In this document: in pieces, positions 6,038 through 15,633 of the stretch
Numbering within the stretch: the first letter of the stretch is position 1
How the letters are laid out: each line of letters begins with the position of its first letter
Virus record (IMG/VR): IMGVR_UViG_3300046167_000525
DNA: 20,000 nucleotides
Source: an uncultured virus (IMG/VR IMGVR_UViG_3300046167_000525)
Lineage: Duplodnaviria; Heunggongvirae; Uroviricota; Caudoviricetes; Crassvirales
Reading direction: 5' to 3' (one strand)
Program-made: the position numbers and the translations under genes
The notes under the pieces: generated by a model
Databases searched by the model: none
The model's input: the letters and a program-made list of their open reading frames with translations, nothing else
What the model was told of the DNA's origin: nothing

Positions 6038-9000
6038 TAATCTAAAAATTTATTAAGTTTTTTAATTCTATCAAATTTAGCCTTTTCTGCTTTTTCTTTT
6101 TTGGTCTTAGCTCTAGTTGCTTTTGCTTTCTTTTTACCTTCTGCTTTTCTTTTAGCTTTAGCTTCTGTTTTTATAAGTTCGTGCTCTTCATTCTCAGCAC
6201 CTACATCCCAAGATCTCCAACCTAAAGCAAGAGCTACTCTTTGCCAAACGGTGTTTCTATAATCTAACGCTTCTGTTAAAGCATTTAGCTCCGTTACAGC
6301 TCTGTCTAAAGGTAGGTTTGTAAAACCTTCAGTTAACGATCCTAATACTTTATACGAGGGACTTAAATTAAATTTACCATCTATAGTAATATCCCAATCT
6401 CTTTTTTCAATAACATCTTTTTCAAATCTTTTTGTTTGAATAGCACTATAAATTTTTCTACCTTTTGATCCAATAGAGGGAATTATATTAAAAAAAGCTA
6501 GTATTGTATATGCATGATCGGCCATAAATTCCTTTTCTTCTTGCTTATTATACTCCATAGCGAGGTTTTTAATCATAGATATACCAGCACCTGGTAAACC
6601 AAATCCTCCTTTTAAAGTGGTATCAACCATACCATTTATTATTCTACTCTGCTTTGTGCTATACACTTTTCCATACTTTTCTAGTTGTTCTTCTTCAGTA
6701 AGCTCATCATCCTCCTCTTCAAATCCAGGTATTAAAGCAAATAAAGCGTTTTGTAATGCAGAAAATATAACATTTTGAATAGTACCATAATATATAATTT
6801 TACTAAAATTAGAAAAATTACTTTGTGCTAACGTTTGACCAGGAATTCGTCTTCTGTTTTTTATATCTAAAGCTGCTTTCTTTATAGACCTATTTAACTG
6901 TATAGGTGTATTTTGAAATGCTAAAAGTAATCTACCAGCTGTACTTGCTTGATCAGACGATATCAAAGCAGGATCCCCAGATTGTTGAGTCTCTTCAGAT
7001 ATTTGACTAAAATCTTTAAAAGCCATTTCCTCTGCTTGCTCTTTAGTGTATAAAGCTTCACCGTCCTCATTTACTTTTTTCAGGTAAGATTTTATTCTAT
7101 TTCTATAAAATGTAGCGCCACCTGCTGCAATAGCAAAACTATCTGCCATTTGTGTTGGGGTAAATCCAATTTTTAGCAAGTAACTTAACGCGGCTGTTGC
7201 CTTATTTTTAGATCCTTTAACTGCTCTTGCAATCTCAGCTTCATTGACGTCACTTTTTAAACCAGCTCTTCTTTGTTTAAGCTTAGACGAATTAAATAAT
7301 GTTGCAAAATCAGACCAATATTGTTTTTGATTAGCAAATGCTGCTGCTGCTTTCAAAGGATTATTATCTGACCAATTAATAAAGTTTACTGTTGACAATG
7401 TTTGTAGTAATGCTGATCTTCTATTGAAAAACATTATCGCTCCAATAGAATTGTTAATCCAAGTATTCCACCTATTGGTATTATCAGTAGTAGAAGACGG
7501 TCTATTTGTACCGTTTTCCATTCTGTATAAAATATCTTCCAATGCATCTCTAGTGGCTTTACCATAACCAGCCTGTACTTTATTAAGATTTTCTTCACTG
7601 AATATTATACTTGCATTTTCAATAAATTCTGATAAGAATTCTTTTCTACCTACTTTTTCAGTTAAGTTGTTTAAATCAGATAGTATAGTTTCCGCATCCC
7701 AAAAATCCCCAGGCTTAGCCCAATTAGGTCTTTTTGCTATTTGTTGCAACTTTCTAGCATATTCACTCAAATCAGCATTGTCGTTCACATAATCAACTAG
7801 CTTTTTTTTCTCTACTTCAGATATGCCTGGTATTTCATATCCAGAAGCATTCCATAGAGCAACTCTTATAGCCTGATCGTGCGTAAATTCAGTCCCTGGC
7901 ACAAGTTTACCGAGTTTCTTTATAACAGGTTTCATTTGTTTATTAAGTGCTCTAAAGTCTTCTTTAAACGCTTGTCTAGTTTCTTCAATAGCTCTTATAC
8001 CTTTAAAGTATGGATCTATTAAAGTATCTTGAAAGAACTTTTGATCAGCTTCCCCTTGTTTACCTTTTCCAGCAAAAGTATAAGAAGTTAACCCTTTGAA
8101 ATCATCAAGGGATGAAGGCATGAAGATTTTATATTTACCTTTTTTCTGTCCTCTTCTATTTGCTATTGTTTTGCTAATAGTTTCATCTGCAGCAATACCT
8201 GTTTTTCTTTCTAGCATTTTATTGAACTTACTGTTCATTGTTTTGCTAAATTTATCACTAGGTTTATAAACTTTACCTTTTGGATCTAAAACTTGTATGC
8301 TTTTAGAAAACTTGGTAGATTCTAAATTATATTCTTTATCTGTTTTTCTATATCTTTCTTTGTCATTAAGCCCTTCTTCTTTTGCTGCTTTTAAATCTGC
8401 GTCAATTTTTTTATCAACCAAATTAACATAAGCTTTGTCTAAAAAACTTTTAGTTTCTTTTACTTTAGCCTCGCTGTAGTTATTTGCTAAATTTTGGTAA
8501 GCTTTATATATAGAGTAAGCTTCGGTTTCATGTTCTAGTATTAAATCTGCTACTTTTAATTCCTTATAATTTTTAACAAATTTACCTATTTTAGATGATT
8601 TTCTTATTGGCCCTCTTTGATCTTCATACATCAAAGCAATCCATCCATTAATAGCTGAAGTATTACCATTTTTTACGCCTTCCTTAATAGTGTCAAACAT
8701 ATAATTTACAGATTCTTGAGCTTCTTTATTTATAACATCAGCCTTCAATTCAAAGTTCTTTTTTATATCTGTGACGTCTGTTAAATTAAACAACCTTTCT
8801 CCTTTGTATTCTATATAGGATCTTGTTTTATTATCATTAAAAGTAACCTCAAAACCATCAAGAGGAATATTTTGAGATTCAAGGTAGTTAAAAGCATCTA
8901 AATTTCTAGTAATATTTTGCTTCTTGCCGTTCAATACTATCTGTATTTTTTGAGTTCTTATAACTCGGCTATCATTTCTAAACCAGTCTTTTATAGCTTT

Positions 9001-12000
9001 TACTCTATTTCCTTTTTCTATATTATTTTTTAAATTATCTAAAGAGTATTCAAAACCTATAACTTGTTTTTCATATTTCCATAAATCTCTAGTTACAGCT
9101 TTTTGAAAAGTATTAAATATTTCTTCAGAAGATATTGTATTACCTGTATTTCTAGCTATAAGATTGAGTATCTTAATTCTAGCCCTGTTAGCTATATTAG
9201 TACTACCGTATGTATAAATTGTTTCTGAATACAAGGTTTTTAATAAATCTTCTATTGTTTTTATTTTGTCTAATTTCTGTAATAAGTTTTGATTTAAAAT
9301 ATATTCTATAGAGGCATTATATTCAGGGTTGTTAGCTTTTATGTTTTTTATTTCGCTATTCAGTAACCCCCTTATGTTGGATTTACTTTTTGCGGACATG
9401 CTAAACTTAACCGTGCCTCTATCTGCATCCTTAATTACTTCATTTACAAAATTATCAGCTAAGATTACACCTTTAGCTTCTTGATTTCCTTCAAAAGCTT
9501 TGCTTATCGCAGAGTTTTCATTTTTAATTTCTTTTGTAAATATTTCAAAAGCCATTTCTTCAGCTATTGCTTTACCTAGAGCTTCTCTTTTTCCTCTAAT
9601 AAGTTTACCTTTTTCGTCAATGAATAAACCTACGAAGTCAGCGTCGGAAACTTTATCAGCAGGTACTCTTCTAACTATCTCATTACCAGCAGTTGCCCCT
9701 CTAACTAATGTTTTTTCACGATCAATCTTTTGACCAACCCATTCTGGATATGGTACAAAGTTTGGTATAAACTCTTCTTGAACTATTTCTTTACCACCAA
9801 CATTTACAGTCACTTTTTTACCAGTAAATTTCCCACCAACAGATTTTTCAATTGCTTGAGGAATACCTCCGCTAACTTTTTTACCGCTGTCTTTACCCAT
9901 TAAAAAAGTAGTAGTCATGTTTTCTATGATAGCTTTCTTATTCTTTATAAGATTCTTTTCATAAGTACCATCCTTTAACTTACCTAGTCTTTGAATAACA
10001 ATTTTAGGTGCAGCTTCAGGATCCCCTACAACTTTACCTATTTTCTTTTTTATTTCTGCAATCAAAGGAGTAGTAGCGGAATTGTCACCTCTTTTATCTG
10101 TAATCTTGCTTTCAAGGCTAGATAAAACTTTTGTTAACTTATCTGTTATAGCTGTTATAGTAAAGTTAGGTACAACATTACTTTTAGTAAGCGGCGTATA
10201 TTTTCTTTTTTCAGCTTCTTGAGGTGCAGCATCTTCTCTTGCAATAACATTTTTAGCTACACTAACGTCTTCTTTAAAACCGCCTTCACCTTCTTTCTTA
10301 AATTTAGCTAAAGCTTCTTTTACTCTATTCCTTACACCATACTGACTACCTATAATATAACCACCTAAATCATTGTTTGATTCAGGATTAAAAGCCATTA
10401 TGTTTTTCTTTAACTGAACTCCGGCTACTTCTATAAAAAAGTCATCCCAACTTTTACCGTATACATTGTCAGCTACAACTCCGTACCCTGCAGCAATCTT
10501 TTTAATTAAAGGATTAAGCATACCATTATCAATGTTATCTATAACTTTAATAGCAACTTTTTCTTTAAATTCTTTATTAGTTGTACCTGGAGGCACCATA
10601 GCTTTTAGTTGATCACCAATTCTCTTTTCATTCTTTTTAGTGTCATCTTTAGTTTTATCTTTAGGCTTAGCTTCTTCTGTAGGTTTAGATAATTCTTTTT
10701 TCTTAGCTAACCTTATTTTTGTTTCTAAATTAGTTTTAGCTGTTTGAAAATCTACTTCATTATCAAAATCAAACTCATCTAAATTATCTAATTGCTCTTG
10801 CAACTCTAACGACTTACTAGCTTTAATATCAGTTTTAACTTCAGAGTCTATCTTCTCCTTAACTAATTTTCCTTTAGCTTGTTTTTCTGTAATTGCTTTT
10901 TGAGCTTTAGTTAATTTACCTTTTTCTATGCTTTTATTATAATCTTTTACAAAATTATAAACATCTTTGCCGCTATTAAACTTAACTTTTACGCCTAAAT
11001 TTTGTAAAGCTCTACGGATTACATCACCAATTTTTGTAAATACGTTTTCATTAAATTGTATGTCCCCTGTAGCAATAGCATCTGAAAATAAAGTTAAAAC
11101 CTCCTCAGATTGAGTAGCCTCGTCCATATCTTTGTAGTCCTCTAATCTTTTAGCAAAATTACTATCTTTAATTTGAGCAGCGTCGATATTGTTTATATAC
11201 TCGTTCAAAGATTTACCTAAAGCTATTTGTGTTTCTGGTGAATTTTTAACTGTCTGAAATAATAACCCATGTAAAAACTCATGAGCAGCAACATTAACAG
11301 CAAATTCTTTACCCGCAACCTCCTTGTTTATTATAATTGTTTGATCGCCAGTTTTTGGATTTTGATAAATAAACCCTTGCTGATTAGAAGCTTTTTTACT
11401 ATCTATATCAATATTATTTTTTTCAATAAAATCTACAATAGCATCTGCATTATCTAGGTTTTTAACAGTTAATCCCTTTACGTCTTTAGCTAATTTTTCA
11501 ACAGTTTTTGTAGTTATAGACAATTTGTTTTCAGCGCTTATTTCAGAAAGTCTACTATCAATATCATTAAGCCTAGATTGTTGAGTTTCTACTAAGCTTT
11601 TATTTCCTTTAGCTTTAGCTATTTCAGAAGATAAAGATTCTCTTTCGTCAAGTAAACCAATTGTTTCTTGAGCTAAGTTTTCATTTATTTTTAGATCACT
11701 AGTTAATTGTATGTTTTTTCTAGTAATGTTAAATTTTTGCTTTATGCTTTTTGATTCCTCTAAGCTAATATCGCCGTTAGAAACTTTATCTTTTAATTCA
11801 ATATCTAATATATTACCACTGTATTTATTTTTAGCAATATTTATAGTTTCTTTACTAATAGGGTCTTTTTCAAAAGAATCCAAAACAGATTGAGAATTAT
11901 TTTCTTTTAAAGTTCTGTTTACAGAGTTTACTTGAACAGCTTTATTTATAACGCTAGCAGTGTTACCACTCCCAGACATACCACCACCAGCTGCAGCTCC

Positions 12001-13140
12001 TATTATAAATACATCAGCTAATTCTGGCCATATATTATCCCACTCGTCCCCTTTATTTTTGTATAAAGCATCAATACTCCTATTGAGAACTTCTGTAGTT
12101 GACTCGGACAAACCTTCTTGACCAGCTTCTTTAGCTGTTTGCAAAGCAGCCTCTTTTAATGTTTTGCTAACTACATCTTTACTTTTTCCTGCTAAGCTTT
12201 TAAAAAGTCCTTTACCTATTTTTTTTGTTGTAAGCTCTAAAAGACCTTCAGAAAAACCAGTAGCAGTAGCTGCTATCATATTTGCTGCGTCTAATTTTTT
12301 ACCTTCAGCTAATGCTTCAGTAGAGTAGTCTGCAGCAGATCCAGCTACTATGGAAGAGATTCCTACATAAGGAACAAATGCTTGCGCTATAGAAGGTATC
12401 GTACCTATAACTTCATTAAAAGTACGTGAAACAGCTTGAGAAATATTACCCTGTATAAAGTCTTGCCCTATAGTATTGTCGTATTTAGTAAGTGTTTCTT
12501 CTATTTTTTTTGCATCATTTTTTAAATTTTCAGCAGCTTCTAATCCTGCGGATCCTGCCATTCCAATGTTACCTATTGGTCCACCAGAGAACGAACCTAT
12601 TGCTTGAGCTATTCTATCTTGAGTAGCAGGGTCTAGTTCTTTAAATTTTTCAACCTCTTCTTCAAAAGCAGGCCCAGCTATACCCATAGCTGTTGTCATT
12701 TTTAATCTATTTATAAATGCAGGTATTTGAGCTAAATTGGAACCAACTCTTAAGGCTCCACTTTTGAATTTTTTAGATGCTTCAGATTCTATTTCATCTA
12801 AAATATTATTTTTTTCTCTATATAATTCTCTAGGCAATCTTTGTCTGTCGCTGTAGCTTAATTTTTTTTTCTCAGCAACAGTCATTGACTTATACTCTTC
12901 TAAGGTAACTTCGTCATCTTCTTGTGAATCCGAAGGTATATCTACCGAAGGTGATTCCGTAAAACCTGCTTGTGATGCTGTCATTGGTTGCTGCACTGCA
13001 TCCGCATCCTCTACAGTGCTCGTTGGAAAATCCTGTGGTTCGTCTTCAATAATTGTAGCATCTGGAAATCTTAATAAAAAAGACTCTACTTTATCTTCCG
13101 GTAAGTTATAAGTGTTATCGTTTACTTTGTATCTTGGCAT
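6037..13140 (-). CDS. Giant (2367 aa) multidomain internal virion / DNA ejection protein with a zincin HExxH motif
   Basis: Single 7.1-kb ORF and last of three consecutive genes after the tail genes, matching podovirus ejection-protein synteny. Gly/Ala-rich hydrophobic helices at about aa 250-400, AAHEFLHGLL at 11269-11283, largely helical and charged composition. Confidence 0.75.
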   Translation of the reverse strand: MPRYKVNDNTYNLPEDKVESFLLRFPDATIIEDEPQDFPTSTVEDADAVQQPMTASQAGFTESPSVDIPSDSQEDDEVTLEEYKSMTVAEKKKLSYSDRQRLPRELYREKNNILDEIESEASKKFKSGALRVGSNLAQIPAFINRLKMTTAMGIAGPAFEEEVEKFKELDPATQDRIAQAIGSFSGGPIGNIGMAGSAGLEAAENLKNDAKKIEETLTKYDNTIGQDFIQGNISQAVSRTFNEVIGTIPSIAQAFVPYVGISSIVAGSAADYSTEALAEGKKLDAANMIAATATGFSEGLLELTTKKIGKGLFKSLAGKSKDVVSKTLKEAALQTAKEAGQEGLSESTTEVLNRSIDALYKNKGDEWDNIWPELADVFIIGAAAGGGMSGSGNTASVINKAVQVNSVNRTLKENNSQSVLDSFEKDPISKETINIAKNKYSGNILDIELKDKVSNGDISLEESKSIKQKFNITRKNIQLTSDLKINENLAQETIGLLDERESLSSEIAKAKGNKSLVETQQSRLNDIDSRLSEISAENKLSITTKTVEKLAKDVKGLTVKNLDNADAIVDFIEKNNIDIDSKKASNQQGFIYQNPKTGDQTIIINKEVAGKEFAVNVAAHEFLHGLLFQTVKNSPETQIALGKSLNEYINNIDAAQIKDSNFAKRLEDYKDMDEATQSEEVLTLFSDAIATGDIQFNENVFTKIGDVIRRALQNLGVKVKFNSGKDVYNFVKDYNKSIEKGKLTKAQKAITEKQAKGKLVKEKIDSEVKTDIKASKSLELQEQLDNLDEFDFDNEVDFQTAKTNLETKIRLAKKKELSKPTEEAKPKDKTKDDTKKNEKRIGDQLKAMVPPGTTNKEFKEKVAIKVIDNIDNGMLNPLIKKIAAGYGVVADNVYGKSWDDFFIEVAGVQLKKNIMAFNPESNNDLGGYIIGSQYGVRNRVKEALAKFKKEGEGGFKEDVSVAKNVIAREDAAPQEAEKRKYTPLTKSNVVPNFTITAITDKLTKVLSSLESKITDKRGDNSATTPLIAEIKKKIGKVVGDPEAAPKIVIQRLGKLKDGTYEKNLIKNKKAIIENMTTTFLMGKDSGKKVSGGIPQAIEKSVGGKFTGKKVTVNVGGKEIVQEEFIPNFVPYPEWVGQKIDREKTLVRGATAGNEIVRRVPADKVSDADFVGLFIDEKGKLIRGKREALGKAIAEEMAFEIFTKEIKNENSAISKAFEGNQEAKGVILADNFVNEVIKDADRGTVKFSMSAKSKSNIRGLLNSEIKNIKANNPEYNASIEYILNQNLLQKLDKIKTIEDLLKTLYSETIYTYGSTNIANRARIKILNLIARNTGNTISSEEIFNTFQKAVTRDLWKYEKQVIGFEYSLDNLKNNIEKGNRVKAIKDWFRNDSRVIRTQKIQIVLNGKKQNITRNLDAFNYLESQNIPLDGFEVTFNDNKTRSYIEYKGERLFNLTDVTDIKKNFELKADVINKEAQESVNYMFDTIKEGVKNGNTSAINGWIALMYEDQRGPIRKSSKIGKFVKNYKELKVADLILEHETEAYSIYKAYQNLANNYSEAKVKETKSFLDKAYVNLVDKKIDADLKAAKEEGLNDKERYRKTDKEYNLESTKFSKSIQVLDPKGKVYKPSDKFSKTMNSKFNKMLERKTGIAADETISKTIANRRGQKKGKYKIFMPSSLDDFKGLTSYTFAGKGKQGEADQKFFQDTLIDPYFKGIRAIEETRQAFKEDFRALNKQMKPVIKKLGKLVPGTEFTHDQAIRVALWNASGYEIPGISEVEKKKLVDYVNDNADLSEYARKLQQIAKRPNWAKPGDFWDAETILSDLNNLTEKVGRKEFLSEFIENASIIFSEENLNKVQAGYGKATRDALEDILYRMENGTNRPSSTTDNTNRWNTWINNSIGAIMFFNRRSALLQTLSTVNFINWSDNNPLKAAAAFANQKQYWSDFATLFNSSKLKQRRAGLKSDVNEAEIARAVKGSKNKATAALSYLLKIGFTPTQMADSFAIAAGGATFYRNRIKSYLKKVNEDGEALYTKEQAEEMAFKDFSQISEETQQSGDPALISSDQASTAGRLLLAFQNTPIQLNRSIKKAALDIKNRRRIPGQTLAQSNFSNFSKIIYYGTIQNVIFSALQNALFALIPGFEEEDDELTEEEQLEKYGKVYSTKQSRIINGMVDTTLKGGFGLPGAGISMIKNLAMEYNKQEEKEFMADHAYTILAFFNIIPSIGSKGRKIYSAIQTKRFEKDVIEKRDWDITIDGKFNLSPSYKVLGSLTEGFTNLPLDRAVTELNALTEALDYRNTVWQRVALALGWRSWDVGAENEEHELIKTEAKAKRKAEGKKKAKATRAKTKKEKAEKAKFDRIKKLNKFLD

Positions 13141-13157
13141 AATTTTATTTTATTTAA

Positions 13158-14666
13158 TTATTTTTTTTGAGATGAAGGGGTAAACGAGTTGTCTATATAT
13201 TGATTAAAATCTTCGCTTGTCAATTGAATTTCACCTTCTTTTCTTTTGTTTATATTTTCAACTCTATTAAGATATTTGTCTAAAGCAGATGATTTAGATT
13301 TATTGTCTTTTGCTTCATTAATAGTATAACCTAATTGATCAGCTAACCTTTTGTAATTAGTAGAAGCAAATTTACCAATAGGTTTCATTTTATTTCCATC
13401 TTTCTGTTCTATCACCCACCCTGGTTTTGAAGTTATTTCTTCTCCTGTTACAGGGTTTTTAACTGTATCACCTCCCTTTTCCCATCTAGCCTGTATATCT
13501 TTATTAATAGCTGAAGATAAGGTTATCATTGGTGGATTTCCTTTTCCGTTCCATTCTTGAAGTTTAGCAAACTTTTTGGATTCTTTTATAGATCTTTTTT
13601 CTAGTTCACTAGGCTTATATGTAGAACCTTTCTTTGTATCTTTCTTATCTTCACTTACTTTAGCAAATATATTTTTAGATTTTTTTGTTTGACGCATTAG
13701 TGAATTTAGTAAGGCATCTTTAATTAAATCTTCTTTTCCTTTACCAGTTAAGTCATCGTCATAGTCAAGATCTGGTTTGTTGCCTTTATCAAGCGTATTA
13801 TTATATAATCTTATTTTTTCCCTAGGAGATAACCCAGCTAATATCATATCAGCGTTAGGTTTTAATTGGTTTCTAAAATAATCTTCAGTAACTTTGTAGC
13901 CTGTACCTTTGCCGTCTTTTCCAACAAAAGCTCCTTCCGCTTCTCTGTATTCTCCAAATCTTGAAACAAAATCATTTGTATTCATAGTTATATTAATAGC
14001 CTCGGTCATTTCTTTAGTAACATCTGGAATTACAGGAGGCATTTGCGTAGTTGCGACATTATCATTTATAACGCTACCCACAAACTTTTCACCGTCTTTT
14101 GTTTTTTGATAAACATCTAAAGAAAAAACAATCTGACCGTTTTTATTTGTTTTGTATCTAGCTTTTGTACTACCTTCTATCTGGTTTGATAGAACAGCCA
14201 TTTTTGCATAAAGCTCCGGGTTCTCTTTAGGATCAACAGCTCCAGGTGTACCAGGTATTTTATTAACCTGTTCCATCATAGCTTCTTGAGACATAGCGGT
14301 GTTTTTTAACATGTTAGCCATATTCTCACCTATGTTTTCCATGTTATTAACAAAAGTTTTTTCCGAAGCTGTTCTTTTTGCGGGATCTTTTAAAAGTATA
14401 CCATTCATAACTTCCAACTGCATATCCAAATCACCAAAATCCGCGGTAGGATTTTTTGATTGCGTTTGCATTATAGAATTTTGTGCATCAGCGACTCTCT
14501 TATCAGCTTCAGCTCTAATCGCCGCAGTTTTAGCAGCATTGTCAGCGTGTATTTTATTTATACTAGATACAATACCTGTTCCAATACCTGCTAAGGTTTT
14601 TTGCAAGTTTTGCTCAATCTGTCCAGACTGTCTGTCTATATGTTGTGTTGGATTTCTATAACTCAT
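13158..14666 (-). CDS. Probable internal virion (ejection) protein, 502 aa
   Basis: Lies between the small pilot-like protein and the giant protein. N-terminal amphipathic/coiled-coil segment (TLAGIGTGIVSSINK...AAKTAAIRAEADKR). No enzymatic motif seen. Confidence 0.6.
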   Translation of the reverse strand: MSYRNPTQHIDRQSGQIEQNLQKTLAGIGTGIVSSINKIHADNAAKTAAIRAEADKRVADAQNSIMQTQSKNPTADFGDLDMQLEVMNGILLKDPAKRTASEKTFVNNMENIGENMANMLKNTAMSQEAMMEQVNKIPGTPGAVDPKENPELYAKMAVLSNQIEGSTKARYKTNKNGQIVFSLDVYQKTKDGEKFVGSVINDNVATTQMPPVIPDVTKEMTEAINITMNTNDFVSRFGEYREAEGAFVGKDGKGTGYKVTEDYFRNQLKPNADMILAGLSPREKIRLYNNTLDKGNKPDLDYDDDLTGKGKEDLIKDALLNSLMRQTKKSKNIFAKVSEDKKDTKKGSTYKPSELEKRSIKESKKFAKLQEWNGKGNPPMITLSSAINKDIQARWEKGGDTVKNPVTGEEITSKPGWVIEQKDGNKMKPIGKFASTNYKRLADQLGYTINEAKDNKSKSSALDKYLNRVENINKRKEGEIQLTSEDFNQYIDNSFTPSSQKK

Positions 14667-14676
14667 ACTGTTAATT

Positions 14677-15621
14677 TTAGTTACCTGAAGGATTTACTAT
14701 AGGAGGTAAGTTTATACCCATAGGATTCATCGCTACCTGCATGGCATAATTTGATGCACTATTAGCCATTTGTTGACCTTGTTGATATTGCCCAAATGTT
14801 AAATTGTTGTTTTCAACACCCGTTGTTTGATTTTGCGATGCTAAACCTGTTAATAAGTTCCCGCCAATAGAAGCTAAACCACCTATTAATCCAGCTTGAT
14901 TTGCTCTTCTGTCAGCAGACGCTTGCATTCCTCTAGCTTGAGCACCTGATAATTGCGCTGATACTCTATCTAACTGTTGCATTTCTCTTTCTTCTTGAGC
15001 TCCAAACACAAATTGTTTTCCAGCTGCTTCTAACCCTTGTACTCTTCCGCCTTCACTTATTTGAATACCTTGAACCCTTGCAGCTTCCTGCATTCTCATT
15101 CTGTCCAATTGTTGCTCGCCTTGAGCTCTTAGTCTTTCGTTATTTGCTTCTTGTTGTTCAATATTAGCTGATACACCTTTTTTACTTTGCAAGGCTGCTT
15201 GAGCTAAAGCAGTTGCACCGCCAGCACTAGCTCCTGTAGATCTTAGAGTATCTAAAGTATTAGCTAATGATATATCAGCTTGCTCTATTTGCATTTCAGC
15301 CGCTTGAGTAGCTACACTTAAATTAGCATATGGATTAGAAAGCGATGAACTAAGGTCTTGAGCTAAACCGCTTAAATTACTTACTCCTGAATAAGGATTA
15401 GTTATCTCTTGCCTACTAGCTTCTAATGTACTTAATTTTCTCTGTAATCTAGCCTGGTCTTCCTGCGCTTTTCTTTCTGCTCTTCTTCTTCTACCGCCTC
15501 CAAATAAAGACCCTATAATCTGAACACCTCCAGATATTAAAGCGGCTGCTCCCATACTTAAAGGCTCTGCCATTTGAACATTACCTTGTCCAAAGAAAAA
15601 TATTTCTAAAAATTCTATCAT
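14677..15621 (-). CDS. Probable internal virion / DNA pilot-like ejection protein, 314 aa
   Basis: Gly/Ala-rich hydrophobic segments at both ends (MGAAALISGGVQIIGSLFGG; AGLIGGLASIGGNLLTGL) flank Gln/Ala-rich coiled coils and GASAGGATALAQAA, as in podovirus ejection proteins. Confidence 0.68.
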   Translation of the reverse strand: MIEFLEIFFFGQGNVQMAEPLSMGAAALISGGVQIIGSLFGGGRRRRAERKAQEDQARLQRKLSTLEASRQEITNPYSGVSNLSGLAQDLSSSLSNPYANLSVATQAAEMQIEQADISLANTLDTLRSTGASAGGATALAQAALQSKKGVSANIEQQEANNERLRAQGEQQLDRMRMQEAARVQGIQISEGGRVQGLEAAGKQFVFGAQEEREMQQLDRVSAQLSGAQARGMQASADRRANQAGLIGGLASIGGNLLTGLASQNQTTGVENNNLTFGQYQQGQQMANSASNYAMQVAMNPMGINLPPIVNPSGN

Positions 15622-15633
15622 GTTGTTTGTTTT

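Noticed and set aside
10756..10770. DFDNE in the giant protein as a possible virion RNA polymerase DxDxD catalytic motif
   Set aside because: The third Asp is missing (crAss-like vRNAPs have DFDID, cellular enzymes DFDGD). It lies in an acidic helical linker without double-psi beta-barrel context.
9500..14661. Antisense ORFs 9500-9733, 11711-11893, 13909-14109 and 14299-14661
   Set aside because: They are antisense shadows of long structural genes, with Phe/Leu/Ser-rich composition typical of reverse-complemented Lys/Glu codons.
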